Notes: generated by a model from the letters alone, not told the origin. DNA of 64,000 bases from Candidatus Borrarchaeum weybense (GCA_019057385.1 JAHQJS010000005.1:128699-192698), one strand, 5' to 3'. Counted from the stretch's first letter, positions 42,921 to 53,078 are shown. Numbers and translations: made by a program.

Positions 42921-44126
42921 CTAAGTAAGTATATCATGGAAAGTGAGAAGTTCAATATCAAGAGGCTTTTTTGTAATATTTCCTAGTCGAGCACCGATCA
43001 GGTATTTGATATTTTTCTCTGAAGCAATATCTGATAATCGCTGAGTAATAACCCCATCAAACACAATTGCGTATACTCCTTCTATTGATTGAAGTTTATT
43101 AGTGAGTTCTGAAACTGGCATTGAATCTATTGAATTAAGTTCCTCACCAAATAAAACGGCTTCGGAAGTTTCTGTAATGTTCTCTGCGCTTTCTATAAGA
43201 GGTTCAGGTACTTTGGGAGTCTTTTTCTTCTTTTTAGTACTTTCTTTTGTGGGTTTTTTTACACTTTTAACTTCCATACGTGGTTTGTCTTGTTGACCTT
43301 CGAGGTATTGTTCAATGGGTATTTTGTTCCGAAGTTCTTTGATAATTTCTTTTCGTGACAATTCTTCAACTTCTCTATTCGGTGGAGCGCGAGCAACATA
43401 GTCTATCTCTGTAAGTTGCAACAGTTCTTTGAGGACAAGTTCGCCACCTCTGTCTCCATCTACGAATGCTATAGCGGTTTTCTTGCGTGAGAGAGTGACA
43501 ATAGTATCTGGGATAGATGTGCCTTCAACAGCAATCACATTACGGAAACCATGCTTAAGAAGGTTTAATACGTCAGCTCGCCCTTCTACAATAATAATGG
43601 TCTCCGATTCGTTGATTTCTGGTCCAGCAGGAAGTTGATCCTTTCCATATTTCATGATGACTCCTAAACGTGCCGCTTTGATAACTTCTTCGCTTATCCT
43701 CTGACTCTCAGGGATAACGTCATCTTCCCATGCTCTAAGGATCTGTGTTGCCCGATTTATGATATTTTTGCGTTTTTCATCACGTACATCTTCGATTTTC
43801 GCCATGCTGACATGTGCTAAACATGGGCCGACTCTATCAACCGTTTCAAGAGCGGCCGTTAAGATGGCAGTTTCAATTTTATCTAAACTTGAGGGAATGG
43901 TGATGATTCCGGTTGATTTCCCGCCTTTTGAATCAATACTTACTTGAATTCTACCAATGCGACCTGTCTTTTGAAGTTCGCGAATGTCTAATTCTTCGCC
44001 AAGTAATCCTTCTGTTTGACCAAAGATCGCGCCAACGACGTCTGACTTCTCAACCACTCCTTCAACTTCTATTTTTGCACGAACAACATATTTTGTCGTG
44101 CTATAAGATTCAAAATTCTCATTCAT
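42921..44126 (-). CDS. dnaG: Archaeal DnaG
   Basis: VVGAIFGQTEGLLG, IIVEGRADV, DGDRGG; ATG 44126 after GGAGGA. Confidence 0.96.
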   Translation of the reverse strand: MNENFESYSTTKYVVRAKIEVEGVVEKSDVVGAIFGQTEGLLGEELDIRELQKTGRIGRIQVSIDSKGGKSTGIITIPSSLDKIETAILTAALETVDRVGPCLAHVSMAKIEDVRDEKRKNIINRATQILRAWEDDVIPESQRISEEVIKAARLGVIMKYGKDQLPAGPEINESETIIIVEGRADVLNLLKHGFRNVIAVEGTSIPDTIVTLSRKKTAIAFVDGDRGGELVLKELLQLTEIDYVARAPPNREVEELSRKEIIKELRNKIPIEQYLEGQQDKPRMEVKSVKKPTKESTKKKKKTPKVPEPLIESAENITETSEAVLFGEELNSIDSMPVSELTNKLQSIEGVYAIVFDGVITQRLSDIASEKNIKYLIGARLGNITKKPLDIELLTFHDILT

Positions 44127-44360
44127 AATTAACATCCTCCATTTTTCAAAAAGAGATTTCACAATATTTTACAATGGATCGAGATACTCGATAATGCTCA
44201 ATTTGAAAGTGAAATTAATTTTAAGGTATAATGTGAACTAAATCTTTCTTTAACTCTCCTCCTATTTATGATATGATTTGCTAACGTAATTTTTACGAAT
44301 GTAAAGGAAATTATAACGGCTATCTTTACTTTATTTTTTGGAACTGATCACATTATAACT

Positions 44361-44801
44361 TTAATCCTTACCGATAGTATGTTGACTCGATACTTGGAGT
44401 TTTGAGACTAACGAATTGAGGCTTTCAACATCTTTTGTCAGTCGACTAAACACTTTTTTCATTTTGAGCCAATGTACTAAATCGGTTTTACAACGCTTTG
44501 ATTCTAGATGACTTGCCAGTTTTTTTGTAAGTTTTTCTCCTTGATCATCGAAGTCTGCTAAGAGTATAATTCGATTATAATGTGCGAGTTGCTCTGCGAC
44601 TTCAAATAAAGGGTCACCAACATGAACGCAATGAATAGGTCCTCGTATACCAAGTGCACGCAAGGATGCTTTGTCTTTTTTTCCTTCCACGATAATCGGT
44701 GTCCCGCTGTTTGAGTCTACCATCAAGTCGTGAAGGACATTGTCCATTTTTTCGGTCCAGTTTTGTGAAGGAAACTGACTAGTTCTCTTTTTTCTAGACA
44801 A
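44361..44801 (-). CDS. Small Toprim-domain protein
   Basis: IIVEGKKD, LADFDDQGEKL. Confidence 0.88.
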   Translation of the reverse strand: MSRKKRTSQFPSQNWTEKMDNVLHDLMVDSNSGTPIIVEGKKDKASLRALGIRGPIHCVHVGDPLFEVAEQLAHYNRIILLADFDDQGEKLTKKLASHLESKRCKTDLVHWLKMKKVFSRLTKDVESLNSLVSKLQVSSQHTIGKD

Positions 44802-45050
44802 TTTTGATGCATCTGCTTTTAGTATTTATATGCATAACTCTTAGCACATTGTAGAGTATCATGTTTGCTTTTACGCATTTGCACGATTCTTATCTCTTAA
44901 TTAAAAAGAATACCCGTAGCTTTATAAAGCTACTGAAAGCAGTATCTTGCAGACGAGCACGATGCAAGGAGTATACCAATTCATCAATGCATTGAAAACG
45001 ATCATAATTAACTTAATGACAAAGGCAAAAATCAAAGAAAGGCGAGAAAC

Positions 45051-46076
45051 GTGGAAATTCCTGAGATAATCACCCGAAATCTGGAAGAAATCCTAACAGA
45101 AGAGGAACTAATCGAATTACTAAGATCTAAGAAGAAGATTAGGACATACGTCGGCTATGAAACAAGTGGATTTGTCCATATTGGGACTGCATCTACTGCT
45201 TTAAAGCAATTAGACTTTTATAACGCAGGTTGGGAAGTTGTAGTTCTTTTAGCAGATCTTCATACCTTTTTAAATTCGAAAGGATCGAAAGAATGGATTG
45301 AAAGTATGATAGACTATTGGAGAGAAATATTCAAAGCATTGGGATTGAAGAAGGCTGAATATGTTACAGGGTCTGAGTTCGAGTATGAACCGAAATACGT
45401 TCTTGATCTACTAAGATCGACGCTTCTTACAACCCAAACACGAGCACGACGCAGTATGGATGTAATTAGTAAAGAAATGGAGGATCCAAAGGTGGCTCAA
45501 CTTGTCTACCCTCTCATGCAGTCTTTAGATATTGGTGCACTCAACCTTGATGTAGCTCATGGTGGGATGGAACAACGAAAAATCCATGTGCTTGCCCGTG
45601 AGATCTTACCAAAATTGAGTTATAAGAAACCAGTATGTGTTCATGGCACATTACTTTCATCTATAAAGGGCCCTGGAGAAAAAATGAGTTCAAGTAAGCC
45701 AGAGACCGTTATTCTTGTCCATGAAAAGCCAGAAAACATCAGAAAGAAGATGCAAAACGCTTATTGTGTTAAAGGACAAGAGGAAGATAATTTTCCACTT
45801 GATGTTGTGAAAATGATTATATTTCCTGTACTCGGAGAATTAACGGTTATTCGCCCCGAAAAATTCGGTGGTGATGTACGCTACACTCGCGTCGAAGATA
45901 TTGTTTCTGATTTTGTCCAAGAAAAACTACACCCACTTGATTTGAAAAAAGCAGTAGCAGAAGCAACAATAAAGGTTTTTGCTGAAGTTAGAGATATGAT
46001 TGATTCAAATAGAGACCTTCTTGAGCCTTTAATAGAAAAATATGGTGCAGAATTAGTTGAAGAATTAAGTATCTAA
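45051..46076 (+). CDS. tyrS: Tyrosyl-tRNA synthetase
   Basis: YVGYETSGFVHIG, LADLH, YPLMQSLD, GGMEQRK, KMSSS, LHPLDLK. Confidence 0.96.
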   Translation: MEIPEIITRNLEEILTEEELIELLRSKKKIRTYVGYETSGFVHIGTASTALKQLDFYNAGWEVVVLLADLHTFLNSKGSKEWIESMIDYWREIFKALGLKKAEYVTGSEFEYEPKYVLDLLRSTLLTTQTRARRSMDVISKEMEDPKVAQLVYPLMQSLDIGALNLDVAHGGMEQRKIHVLAREILPKLSYKKPVCVHGTLLSSIKGPGEKMSSSKPETVILVHEKPENIRKKMQNAYCVKGQEEDNFPLDVVKMIIFPVLGELTVIRPEKFGGDVRYTRVEDIVSDFVQEKLHPLDLKKAVAEATIKVFAEVRDMIDSNRDLLEPLIEKYGAELVEELSI

Positions 46077-46129
46077 AATATTACTTTTTCTTGTTTTGTC
46101 TTAGATTAACTTCATTTAAAAAGAAGTAG

Positions 46130-46410
46130 AGGGATGTTAGTGTTTCCTGACACTAACTCGATGCAATCATAGGTCGGCAGTAGCTCTCATTCCTTTGCAC
46201 CGTTCTCTCATGCCAGGTGATCTTAACAACCCTCTCCCGCTGGCTGTCTCACGTCTGGGTTGACTCTGTTTTCATTGATGGGTGACACACCCTGCCTCAA
46301 CAAGAGCCCTATTTCGTGAATTTTAACTAACCAACGGTGCTCTAGATGTCGCCTTTGTTTTGCTCTAGCCATCATCGTTACTCCTAGGCTAGTCCTCGAA
46401 AAAAGGGCTT
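46130..46410 (-). ncRNA. Candidate structured non-coding RNA of unknown family
   Basis: GC-enriched intergenic block with several stems (CTAGCC/GGCTAG, GCACCGTT/AACGGTGC, GTTAGTGT/ACACTAAC); strand inferred only. Confidence 0.4.
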
Positions 46411-46550
46411 TCCTTTCATCGCTTAGGTCTATATACTCGTAGACCAATTTAAGGATTTTTGTTGAAACGTTACCTTTGCTCGGTTTCTCTCAAAAATCTT
46501 ATAATCACTAAATTATTAGCAGGTAACGCTTCAATGACAAATTTAAATTA

Positions 46551-46757
46551 GTGAGCTACCTCGTGCTGAAACATCGAGGCTTCCTGCTTCACAGATGGAC
46601 TCGATCCCCTTGACGGGTTACGGAGGTCTTATCTCCACAGGCTTAACATCCCTACGCCCCGTAGGTACTATTAACTAGTTTACCATCTATCTATATAAAC
46701 CCTGCGTCTAAATTCATCTACTTGCTCAAGCCTTGTGGCTTTCTTGAGGAATTTTCC
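46551..46757 (-). mobile_element. Non-autonomous IS605 mini-element: left end + TATA box + TnpB-type reRNA scaffold
   Basis: Minus strand GTACC..GTTAAGCCTGTGGAG..GAAGCAGGAAGCC..GGTAGCTCAC; TTTATATA about 25 nt upstream; TTTAT next to left end; close copy at 52676. Confidence 0.85.
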
Positions 46758-46810
46758 ATAAACATAATCATTTTCATCGACAACTTAGCTCCGTACAGAG
46801 GTGCTTTCTA

Positions 46811-48352
46811 ATGAAACAGTCGCTGACACTATTTGATACTGAAGAAACTGTCCTCAAAACTCTTAAAAAAGACGATATGATGGATATTGAGAGTATATCA
46901 AAATCTACACAATTAGATAATGCTCAGATTAACTCTATTGCCTTTTCACTTCAAGAAAAAGGACTGGTTCAGATAGTTGAGGAAAAAAGCACATTCATTT
47001 TTTTATCAGACGAAGGCAAAAAATATGCTACGGTAAAACTACCCGAAATTCGATTACTTCATTATCTCTGTAAAGTAGGGGCACAAGAAATCCCGACAAT
47101 CCTACAGACGCAAGATCACGGAATGGAAAAGGCAGAGGTTACTATTGGTCTCAATTGGTTAAAGAAAAAGAAATGGGCAGAACTTAAAAAACAGCAAAAT
47201 GGAGCAACACTCCTTTATGTAACCGAAACTGGAAAAGATGCGGCACTTGGCCCCTGCTGCGAAGAAGAATTCCTTTCTCTTTTAGCAAAAAGTGATTTAG
47301 TCTTAGAGGAAATGCCTTCTAAAGATAGTTATATTGATAGTTATCTTGAATTTAGAAAAAGAAAATTACTAAAAGAAAAGGAAATAACAACAAGAAAACT
47401 TCAATTAACGGAACTTGGAATGAAAGTGGTGACAGGAGAAGTCCAAATTATTAAAGAAGTGAGTAAGCTTACTCGTGATGATATAACCTCTGGAAGATGG
47501 AAATCTGTCGTGCTTAAACCCTATAATGTTACAGCACCTCCTCCTACTGTATATCTCGGGAAGAAACAGCCGTTCCTTGAATTCTTAGAAGAGGTAAGAA
47601 GGGCAGTAATTGGTATGGGATTTCAAGAAGCAAAAGGTCCCCTTATTGAGATGGAGTTTTGGAATTTCGATGCATTGTTCCAGGCGCAAGATCATCCAGC
47701 CCGTGAGATTCATGATACGTATTACTTAAAAGACCCGATATTTGGTGATTTAGAACTAGATGCTCTAAGAAAACGAGTGAAAGCGACTCACGAAAATGGC
47801 TGGACAACCGGTTCGCGCGGTTGGAGATACCCTTGGAGTTTGAAACGTGCATCCCGACTTATTCTTCGTTCCCAAACTACATCGGTCTCTATGCGATTTT
47901 TACACGAGCATAAGACTCCCCCACTCAAAATGTTCTGCCTTGACAGGAATTTCAGACCTGATGTCTTAGATGCTACACATGCTATAGAGTTTTTTCAATT
48001 GGAGGGTATTGTAGGCGACAAGAATTTGACTTTAAAGCACCATCTAGGATATTTGAAACAAATTGTGATAGAACTAATTCCAGGTGCGGAAGTGAAATTC
48101 AAGCCGGGCTATTTTCCTTTTACGGAACCTTCTGTTGAAGTCTTCGCTCGTCATCCGAAACTAGGATGGATAGAAGTCGGAGGATCTGGAATTTTCCGAC
48201 CAGAAGTCGTCAAACCATTTAATGTTGACTTTCAGGTGCTAGCTTGGGGGATCGGTATTGCACGACTAGCTATGATCTACCTTGAATATGATGACATTCG
48301 CGATCTTTACAGCGATAACCTTGACCTTCTAAGGACTAAGGAAGTGAGGTGA
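46811..48352 (+). CDS. pheS: Phenylalanyl-tRNA synthetase alpha subunit
   Basis: FWNFDALFQAQDHPARE, DATHAIEFFQLEG, YFPFTEPS, GIFRPE. Confidence 0.97.
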   Translation: MKQSLTLFDTEETVLKTLKKDDMMDIESISKSTQLDNAQINSIAFSLQEKGLVQIVEEKSTFIFLSDEGKKYATVKLPEIRLLHYLCKVGAQEIPTILQTQDHGMEKAEVTIGLNWLKKKKWAELKKQQNGATLLYVTETGKDAALGPCCEEEFLSLLAKSDLVLEEMPSKDSYIDSYLEFRKRKLLKEKEITTRKLQLTELGMKVVTGEVQIIKEVSKLTRDDITSGRWKSVVLKPYNVTAPPPTVYLGKKQPFLEFLEEVRRAVIGMGFQEAKGPLIEMEFWNFDALFQAQDHPAREIHDTYYLKDPIFGDLELDALRKRVKATHENGWTTGSRGWRYPWSLKRASRLILRSQTTSVSMRFLHEHKTPPLKMFCLDRNFRPDVLDATHAIEFFQLEGIVGDKNLTLKHHLGYLKQIVIELIPGAEVKFKPGYFPFTEPSVEVFARHPKLGWIEVGGSGIFRPEVVKPFNVDFQVLAWGIGIARLAMIYLEYDDIRDLYSDNLDLLRTKEVR

Positions 48353-50052
48353 AACAAATGCCAACTATTACGGTGTCCTACAATGACCTTATTAGTCTGA
48401 TTGGAAAAGAAATCCCATTAGAAACATTAGAGGATCGTTTGTTTTACATTAAAGCAGAAGTTGAAGATATCACACCCATTTACGGGTCAAAAAATGAAGT
48501 TGTTGACCACGATCTTCAAGTTGAGATCACTTCAGACAGACCAGATCTGCTCTCAGCAAGTGGTCTCGCACGCGTCTTAAAAGGTGTTTTTGAAGTAGAA
48601 ATGGGCCTCCAAAAGTTTGATGTTGAACCTTCTGGAATTCAATGCACTGTTGACTCTTCTGTACTAGATGTACGTCCCTATATCGTTTGTGGCGTCGTAA
48701 AAAATGTTCATTTAACAGATGCCTTAGTTCGACAGTTAATGCAACTTCAGGAAAAAATTCACGATACCCACTGTCGTAGACGACGAAAGGGCTCTATTGG
48801 ACTTCACAATCTCGATGCGGTTGAGCCTCCTTTCACATACTTGGCAGAAAAACCAGAGAATATCAACTTCGTTCCACTTAACGAGACAGAAAAAATGAAT
48901 GGCTATGAAATACTAAGAGAGATTCCAAAAGGGCGGGATTATGCTCATATAATATCGGATTTCGACAGATATCCGCTTTTGGTAGATAAAAACGGTGATG
49001 TTCTCTCCCTGCCACCAATAATCAATGGCAATCTAACAAGAGTTGACATGGATACTAGAAATCTCTTTTTTGACGTGACCGGAACTGATGAATATATCAT
49101 TATTTATGCTCTACACATTCTTCTTGCTGATCTTTACGATCGTGGCGCGAAAATCGAATCAGTTGAGATCCTCTATCCTGACAAAACTCCTGAAGTCTAT
49201 CCTAACTTCACACCTACTAAAATGAACTTGAGTCTACAAAACACAAATGAACTGCTTGGATTTGGCTTAAACCTAAATGATTTAACAACAATACTGAAAA
49301 AAATGCGATTTGATTCAAAAGAAATTGATGATGACACTTTAGAGGTTCTTGTGCCTGTATATCGACCAGACTTTCTTCATGAAGTTGATATAATTGAAGA
49401 CGTAAGTATTGGCTATGGCTATGATATAATGGAACCTGAGCTTCCGCAATCAATGACTGTGGGCGGGGAACTTCCTTTAAGCACATTCGAACGTAAGATT
49501 AAAGATTTGATGGTTGGAATGGGCTTTCAAGAAATTTTGAATTATGTCCTTACAAATATGCATGATCTTGAGACAATTCGTTCGTTTACTGAATCTAATG
49601 AGATAACTGAAATTGCAAACCCAGTAAGTGAAAAATATACTTTCATTCGTAATCAATTGATGCCAGGACTCATTAACTTTCTAAGTAAAAATACCCATAG
49701 TGCTTTTCCACAGAAAATCTTTGAAGTAGGTCCTGTCGGAATCCCTGATTCGTCTTTCATAAATAAAGTACGTACTGTTTCAAGAATAGCTGCAGCCATT
49801 ACTGACTATGCTACAAGTTATGAGCACATTCAAGCAGTAGTGGGAGGGCTTCTCACCAACTTAGGCGTTCCATTTAAACTGAAAACTGCGGTCAATCCTT
49901 CTTTTCTTGAGGGAAGAGTTGCTGAGGTCTTTGTAAAAGGTAACAAAGTAGGTGTTTTGGGAGAACTTCATCCCGAGGTATTGCTTAAATTTAAACTAGA
50001 AAACCCCACCGCCGTTTTCGAAATTGAAGAACTCCCTCTCTTTGAAGCATAA
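48349..50052 (+). CDS. pheT: Phenylalanyl-tRNA synthetase beta subunit
   Basis: DRPDLLS, QLQEKIH, SLPPIING, RPDFLHEVDIIEDV, GELHPEV. Confidence 0.97.
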   Translation: MKQMPTITVSYNDLISLIGKEIPLETLEDRLFYIKAEVEDITPIYGSKNEVVDHDLQVEITSDRPDLLSASGLARVLKGVFEVEMGLQKFDVEPSGIQCTVDSSVLDVRPYIVCGVVKNVHLTDALVRQLMQLQEKIHDTHCRRRRKGSIGLHNLDAVEPPFTYLAEKPENINFVPLNETEKMNGYEILREIPKGRDYAHIISDFDRYPLLVDKNGDVLSLPPIINGNLTRVDMDTRNLFFDVTGTDEYIIIYALHILLADLYDRGAKIESVEILYPDKTPEVYPNFTPTKMNLSLQNTNELLGFGLNLNDLTTILKKMRFDSKEIDDDTLEVLVPVYRPDFLHEVDIIEDVSIGYGYDIMEPELPQSMTVGGELPLSTFERKIKDLMVGMGFQEILNYVLTNMHDLETIRSFTESNEITEIANPVSEKYTFIRNQLMPGLINFLSKNTHSAFPQKIFEVGPVGIPDSSFINKVRTVSRIAAAITDYATSYEHIQAVVGGLLTNLGVPFKLKTAVNPSFLEGRVAEVFVKGNKVGVLGELHPEVLLKFKLENPTAVFEIEELPLFEA

Positions 50053-50081
50053 AAGAATAAGAATTACATTAATTAATGTTC

Positions 50082-50567
50082 TCACTTTTTTTCTTCAAGC
50101 AGCTTCCCATTTTTGTTAATTGTCCCTGCCCTAATTCGTGACGATGAGATTGGCATCCCATCTTCTGCTAATATTCGGGGAACACTTATTATGGTTAAGG
50201 GCACAAGCCTATTTGCTTTTCTTATGTCATTGATTTCTTCTGCAGTAGGACGAGTTTCTTCAGTAACGATTATTGCCTCCATTTCAGGTAATGTAATAGC
50301 AGGACCATATCGATCATTAAGCTTCACAATTTTGGCGCGTTGGAGAAGTCCATTATTTTGCAAATAGTTTTCCATGTTTTTAACGCGCTGCGTATAAGAT
50401 TGGACTTTTTTGGCGTTATCTTTATCGGAGAGCATTTCCTCAGAAGTAATTCCAATTAAAACATGCTCTCCGATTTTAAAAGCTTTCTGAAGAAGTGTTT
50501 TATGTCCTTTATGAATACGGTCGAAGGTCCCACCAATACCGACAAACGAATATTCTTTTTGTGGCAC
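50082..50567 (-). CDS. coaD: Phosphopantetheine adenylyltransferase (archaeal type)
   Basis: GGTFDRIHKGH, YGP, IVTEET, ISSSRIR. Confidence 0.93.
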   Translation of the reverse strand: MPQKEYSFVGIGGTFDRIHKGHKTLLQKAFKIGEHVLIGITSEEMLSDKDNAKKVQSYTQRVKNMENYLQNNGLLQRAKIVKLNDRYGPAITLPEMEAIIVTEETRPTAEEINDIRKANRLVPLTIISVPRILAEDGMPISSSRIRAGTINKNGKLLEEKK

Positions 50568-50655
50568 AGATTACCCTCAGGTTCCCTCTACATTTTTATG
50601 TGACAAACTAAAAAAATAATTGTTAGCCTCCCCACTAAAAAAACTTGTTTCGAAT

Positions 50656-51087
50656 CTACGCGCTTTGAGCGGTTTCTGTACTTTGAGGTTTAACTTCGAG
50701 GGGATTATAGGCATAAATTAAATCTATGTAAAGTGTATCTTGTCCTCCACATAGCGGACAATTTCCTAGTTTCTTGTAGACATAATCGCCTTCCTTGAAG
50801 TCTCTAATTTCTGAGTATTCGCATCCTTCTTGTTCGCATTTTAATTGAGACACTGTATGCCACTCAATCTTTTTTGAACGTCCTCTGATCCAGAAATTAA
50901 ATAACCAGATAGCTCCAAGTATTAGGAGTCCAAACAGCAATTGTGTTTGCCATTGACTCCCTTGTGGATTCTGAAAATAGCCTGTAGTTGCCGATACTAT
51001 GAAATATAAGGATACTACCATTCCAATGCCTATAAGGATTAAAATTACACGCGAAACGCGTGCTTGGGGTCTTTTTTCTTCACTCAT
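50656..51087 (-). CDS. Membrane protein with C-terminal zinc ribbon
   Basis: Two TM helices, C..C and FKEGDYV..CPLC. Confidence 0.75.
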   Translation of the reverse strand: MSEEKRPQARVSRVILILIGIGMVVSLYFIVSATTGYFQNPQGSQWQTQLLFGLLILGAIWLFNFWIRGRSKKIEWHTVSQLKCEQEGCEYSEIRDFKEGDYVYKKLGNCPLCGGQDTLYIDLIYAYNPLEVKPQSTETAQSA

Positions 51088-51097
51088 CTTTTCAACC

Positions 51098-52231
51098 TCA
51101 TTGTCCTACTCCAAGTGTGTTTCCAATTCCTGCTACGACTATCGTATCTCCTTCGTTTGTTTGATTATTAATAATCCAATGAATGCGTTTAATGACGTCA
51201 TCTACGGACGTTGCTATTGATTTTTTCATTGAAGTCAGAGCGTCCTCGATCGATTGCTTTACTATTATTGCATCAATAGGGATGTTGTACTTTACCCCAG
51301 ATTCTTCTATTTTGTGTTTTTCGGGACCGGGATCGCCAATTGCTGCGCCGACACCTTCGATCACATCGCCGGTCACTTCGCCTTCTAACTTCAAGGCGGC
51401 ATCGATCATTATTACACGAGCAACTTTCCCTTCTTTTTCCTCTATGACATTCTTTACTCCAAGTCCGGGCTTTCCAACAGTACCTCCGGGTCCCTTAGCC
51501 TTTACAATGATGACATTGCGGTTATTTATGTTCTTTTCGACTGCAACGACCTCTTTTGCTACCTCCTTCGGTTCACCGCCTCTCATGAGTCGCGCTGCGA
51601 CAAGAGGTCCTACGCCATCACCGATGGGTTTACCTTCTGCAAAGCACTTTAACGCTTCGAAATACGCCTTAGCGAAGATCATAATTAAGGGGAGCTGCAT
51701 GTAAATCTGCATGATTAAAAATGTGCTCTTAGTTTTCTTGCCAAGTAATAAGAAGTGACGTATTATTCTAAAGATAGTGAAAACGGCTATTGTCGCCTCA
51801 ATCACGTTTTCAAGTGTTTTAGAATCCGCCTCATTCGCTTTAGGTGCTACGCGAGAGACGAAATCTTCGAATCTTGACTTTCTCACATCCATCAAATGCT
51901 CTAATCGGTTTAAAACTCCTGCCGGGTCTTTATCCACAGGCATTATCATAAAGAATTCAAGGAAACCTTCTATCGTATCAAACACTTCCTCGTCAGAAGC
52001 ATCGCTAAAATTCGAGACCCGTAACTTGCAGATTACTTTGCCTTCTCGCTGCCATACATCTAACTTCATTAGTGCACGTTCAATTTGTTTAAGCCACATG
52101 AACTGCTGAATACGCTGTCCATAAAATATTGAGAAAATGATAAAGACAAAGAATAATAAATTGAAGATAACGGCATATGGATTACTTCCTTCCCCACCGC
52201 CACCTGTTAATAAATCTAATAACCCTTGCAT
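51098..52231 (-). CDS. Conserved archaeal DUF1512-like protein
   Basis: PIGDGVGPLVA, KAKGPGGTVGKPG, IDAALKLEGE, GIGNTLGV. Confidence 0.85.
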   Translation of the reverse strand: MQGLLDLLTGGGGEGSNPYAVIFNLLFFVFIIFSIFYGQRIQQFMWLKQIERALMKLDVWQREGKVICKLRVSNFSDASDEEVFDTIEGFLEFFMIMPVDKDPAGVLNRLEHLMDVRKSRFEDFVSRVAPKANEADSKTLENVIEATIAVFTIFRIIRHFLLLGKKTKSTFLIMQIYMQLPLIMIFAKAYFEALKCFAEGKPIGDGVGPLVAARLMRGGEPKEVAKEVVAVEKNINNRNVIIVKAKGPGGTVGKPGLGVKNVIEEKEGKVARVIMIDAALKLEGEVTGDVIEGVGAAIGDPGPEKHKIEESGVKYNIPIDAIIVKQSIEDALTSMKKSIATSVDDVIKRIHWIINNQTNEGDTIVVAGIGNTLGVGQ

Positions 52232-52411
52232 TGTTTTCAGCCAGCCTCAAATACATGTATTTATCCGTTTCTGTATTCCTAAGACACTTTGCTATGCATT
52301 ATCCTTTTCACTTTTAAACTATTCCGTAATGGACACAGTTGACAAGAATTCAGACAGTATTCATTGAATAGAGAGAACATCCTCTTTGGTATTGATATAA
52401 GCAGAAAAAGT

Positions 52412-52534
52412 GGACCTTCAGCATTCAGGTTTCCCATCTGCTCTCGCAAGGTAGTACTCCCACGAACGTCTCCAGACTTAACTTCTGAGTTCGGCCGGGA
52501 TCAGGTGTGGCCCTGGAGCGATGGCCGAAGATCC
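52412..52534 (-). rRNA. 5S rRNA (stand-alone)
   Basis: GGATCTTC..GAAGGTCC terminal helix, CACACCTGATCCC, CCGAAC, GAAGTTAAG, AGTACT, GGGAAAC; upstream TTTATATA. Confidence 0.95.
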
Positions 52535-52615
52535 AATATAAGGCATATCCCATCTATATAAAAACTTTACTACAAAGTATCAATACGTCAATCGTTGATC
52601 TAGAAAAAGTAAAGA

Positions 52616-52662
52616 TGGTGGGGACGGAGGGATTTTCAGAAAGAGAGACTTTCTCTCTTTTA
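52616..52662 (-). pseudogene. Displaced 3' end of tRNA-Trp with T-loop intron remnant (att-like direct repeat)
   Basis: 52616-52635 identical to 53505-53524; adjacent sequence matches the tRNA-Pro 59/60 intron. Confidence 0.8.
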
Positions 52663-52675
52663 TTTTTATTAATAA

Positions 52676-52997
52676 GTGAGCTACCTCGTGCGAAAGCATG
52701 GAGGCTTCCTGCTTCTCAGACGGACTCGATCCCCGTCCGTGACGGGTTACGGAGGTCGTATCTCCACAGGCTTAACATCCCTACGCCCCGTAGGTACGGT
52801 AAACGATGGTGAGACCATCGGAGTATGCACCTTGTCGGCAAGTGTTCCTGTTATCCCTCCAATTGCTGTTGATATCTTTCTCATTTCACCTATATAACTT
52901 GAGGCAGACCCCCCATTGCACATGATGCAAGTGAACATACACATCTACCGCAATTCATCACCACGCTGAAGCGCTGGTGCTTTCTTGCTTAGCTACT
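52676..52997 (-). mobile_element. Non-autonomous IS605 mini-element with TnpB-type reRNA scaffold and 45-aa remnant ORF
   Basis: About 120 bp near-identical to 46551-46668; left end closely resembles that of the TnpB element at 40032. Confidence 0.85.
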
Positions 52998-53078
52998 AGC
53001 AAAAAAAGTAAGATCAAACCTATAAAAACTTCTATTGAAAGAAAGCAAGAGTAAGATGACCCAGGAGTAGACGCCCTC

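Noticed and set aside
46223-46447. 74-aa minus-strand ORF
   Set aside because: No SD or recognisable domain; overlaps the structured region
46130-46810. T-box riboswitch, SRP RNA or RNase P RNA upstream of pheS
   Set aside because: No GGTGGTACC T-box, SRP helix-8 or GAGGAAAGTCC motif on either strand
52616-52662. Split (trans-spliced) tRNA half
   Set aside because: Only 17 nt of exon remain, no long leader complementary to another half, and the full Trp gene is adjacent; att-like relic fits better
52364-52897. Short plus-strand ORFs (52364, 52507, 52676)
   Set aside because: Overlap the 5S rRNA, tRNA fragment and mini-IS
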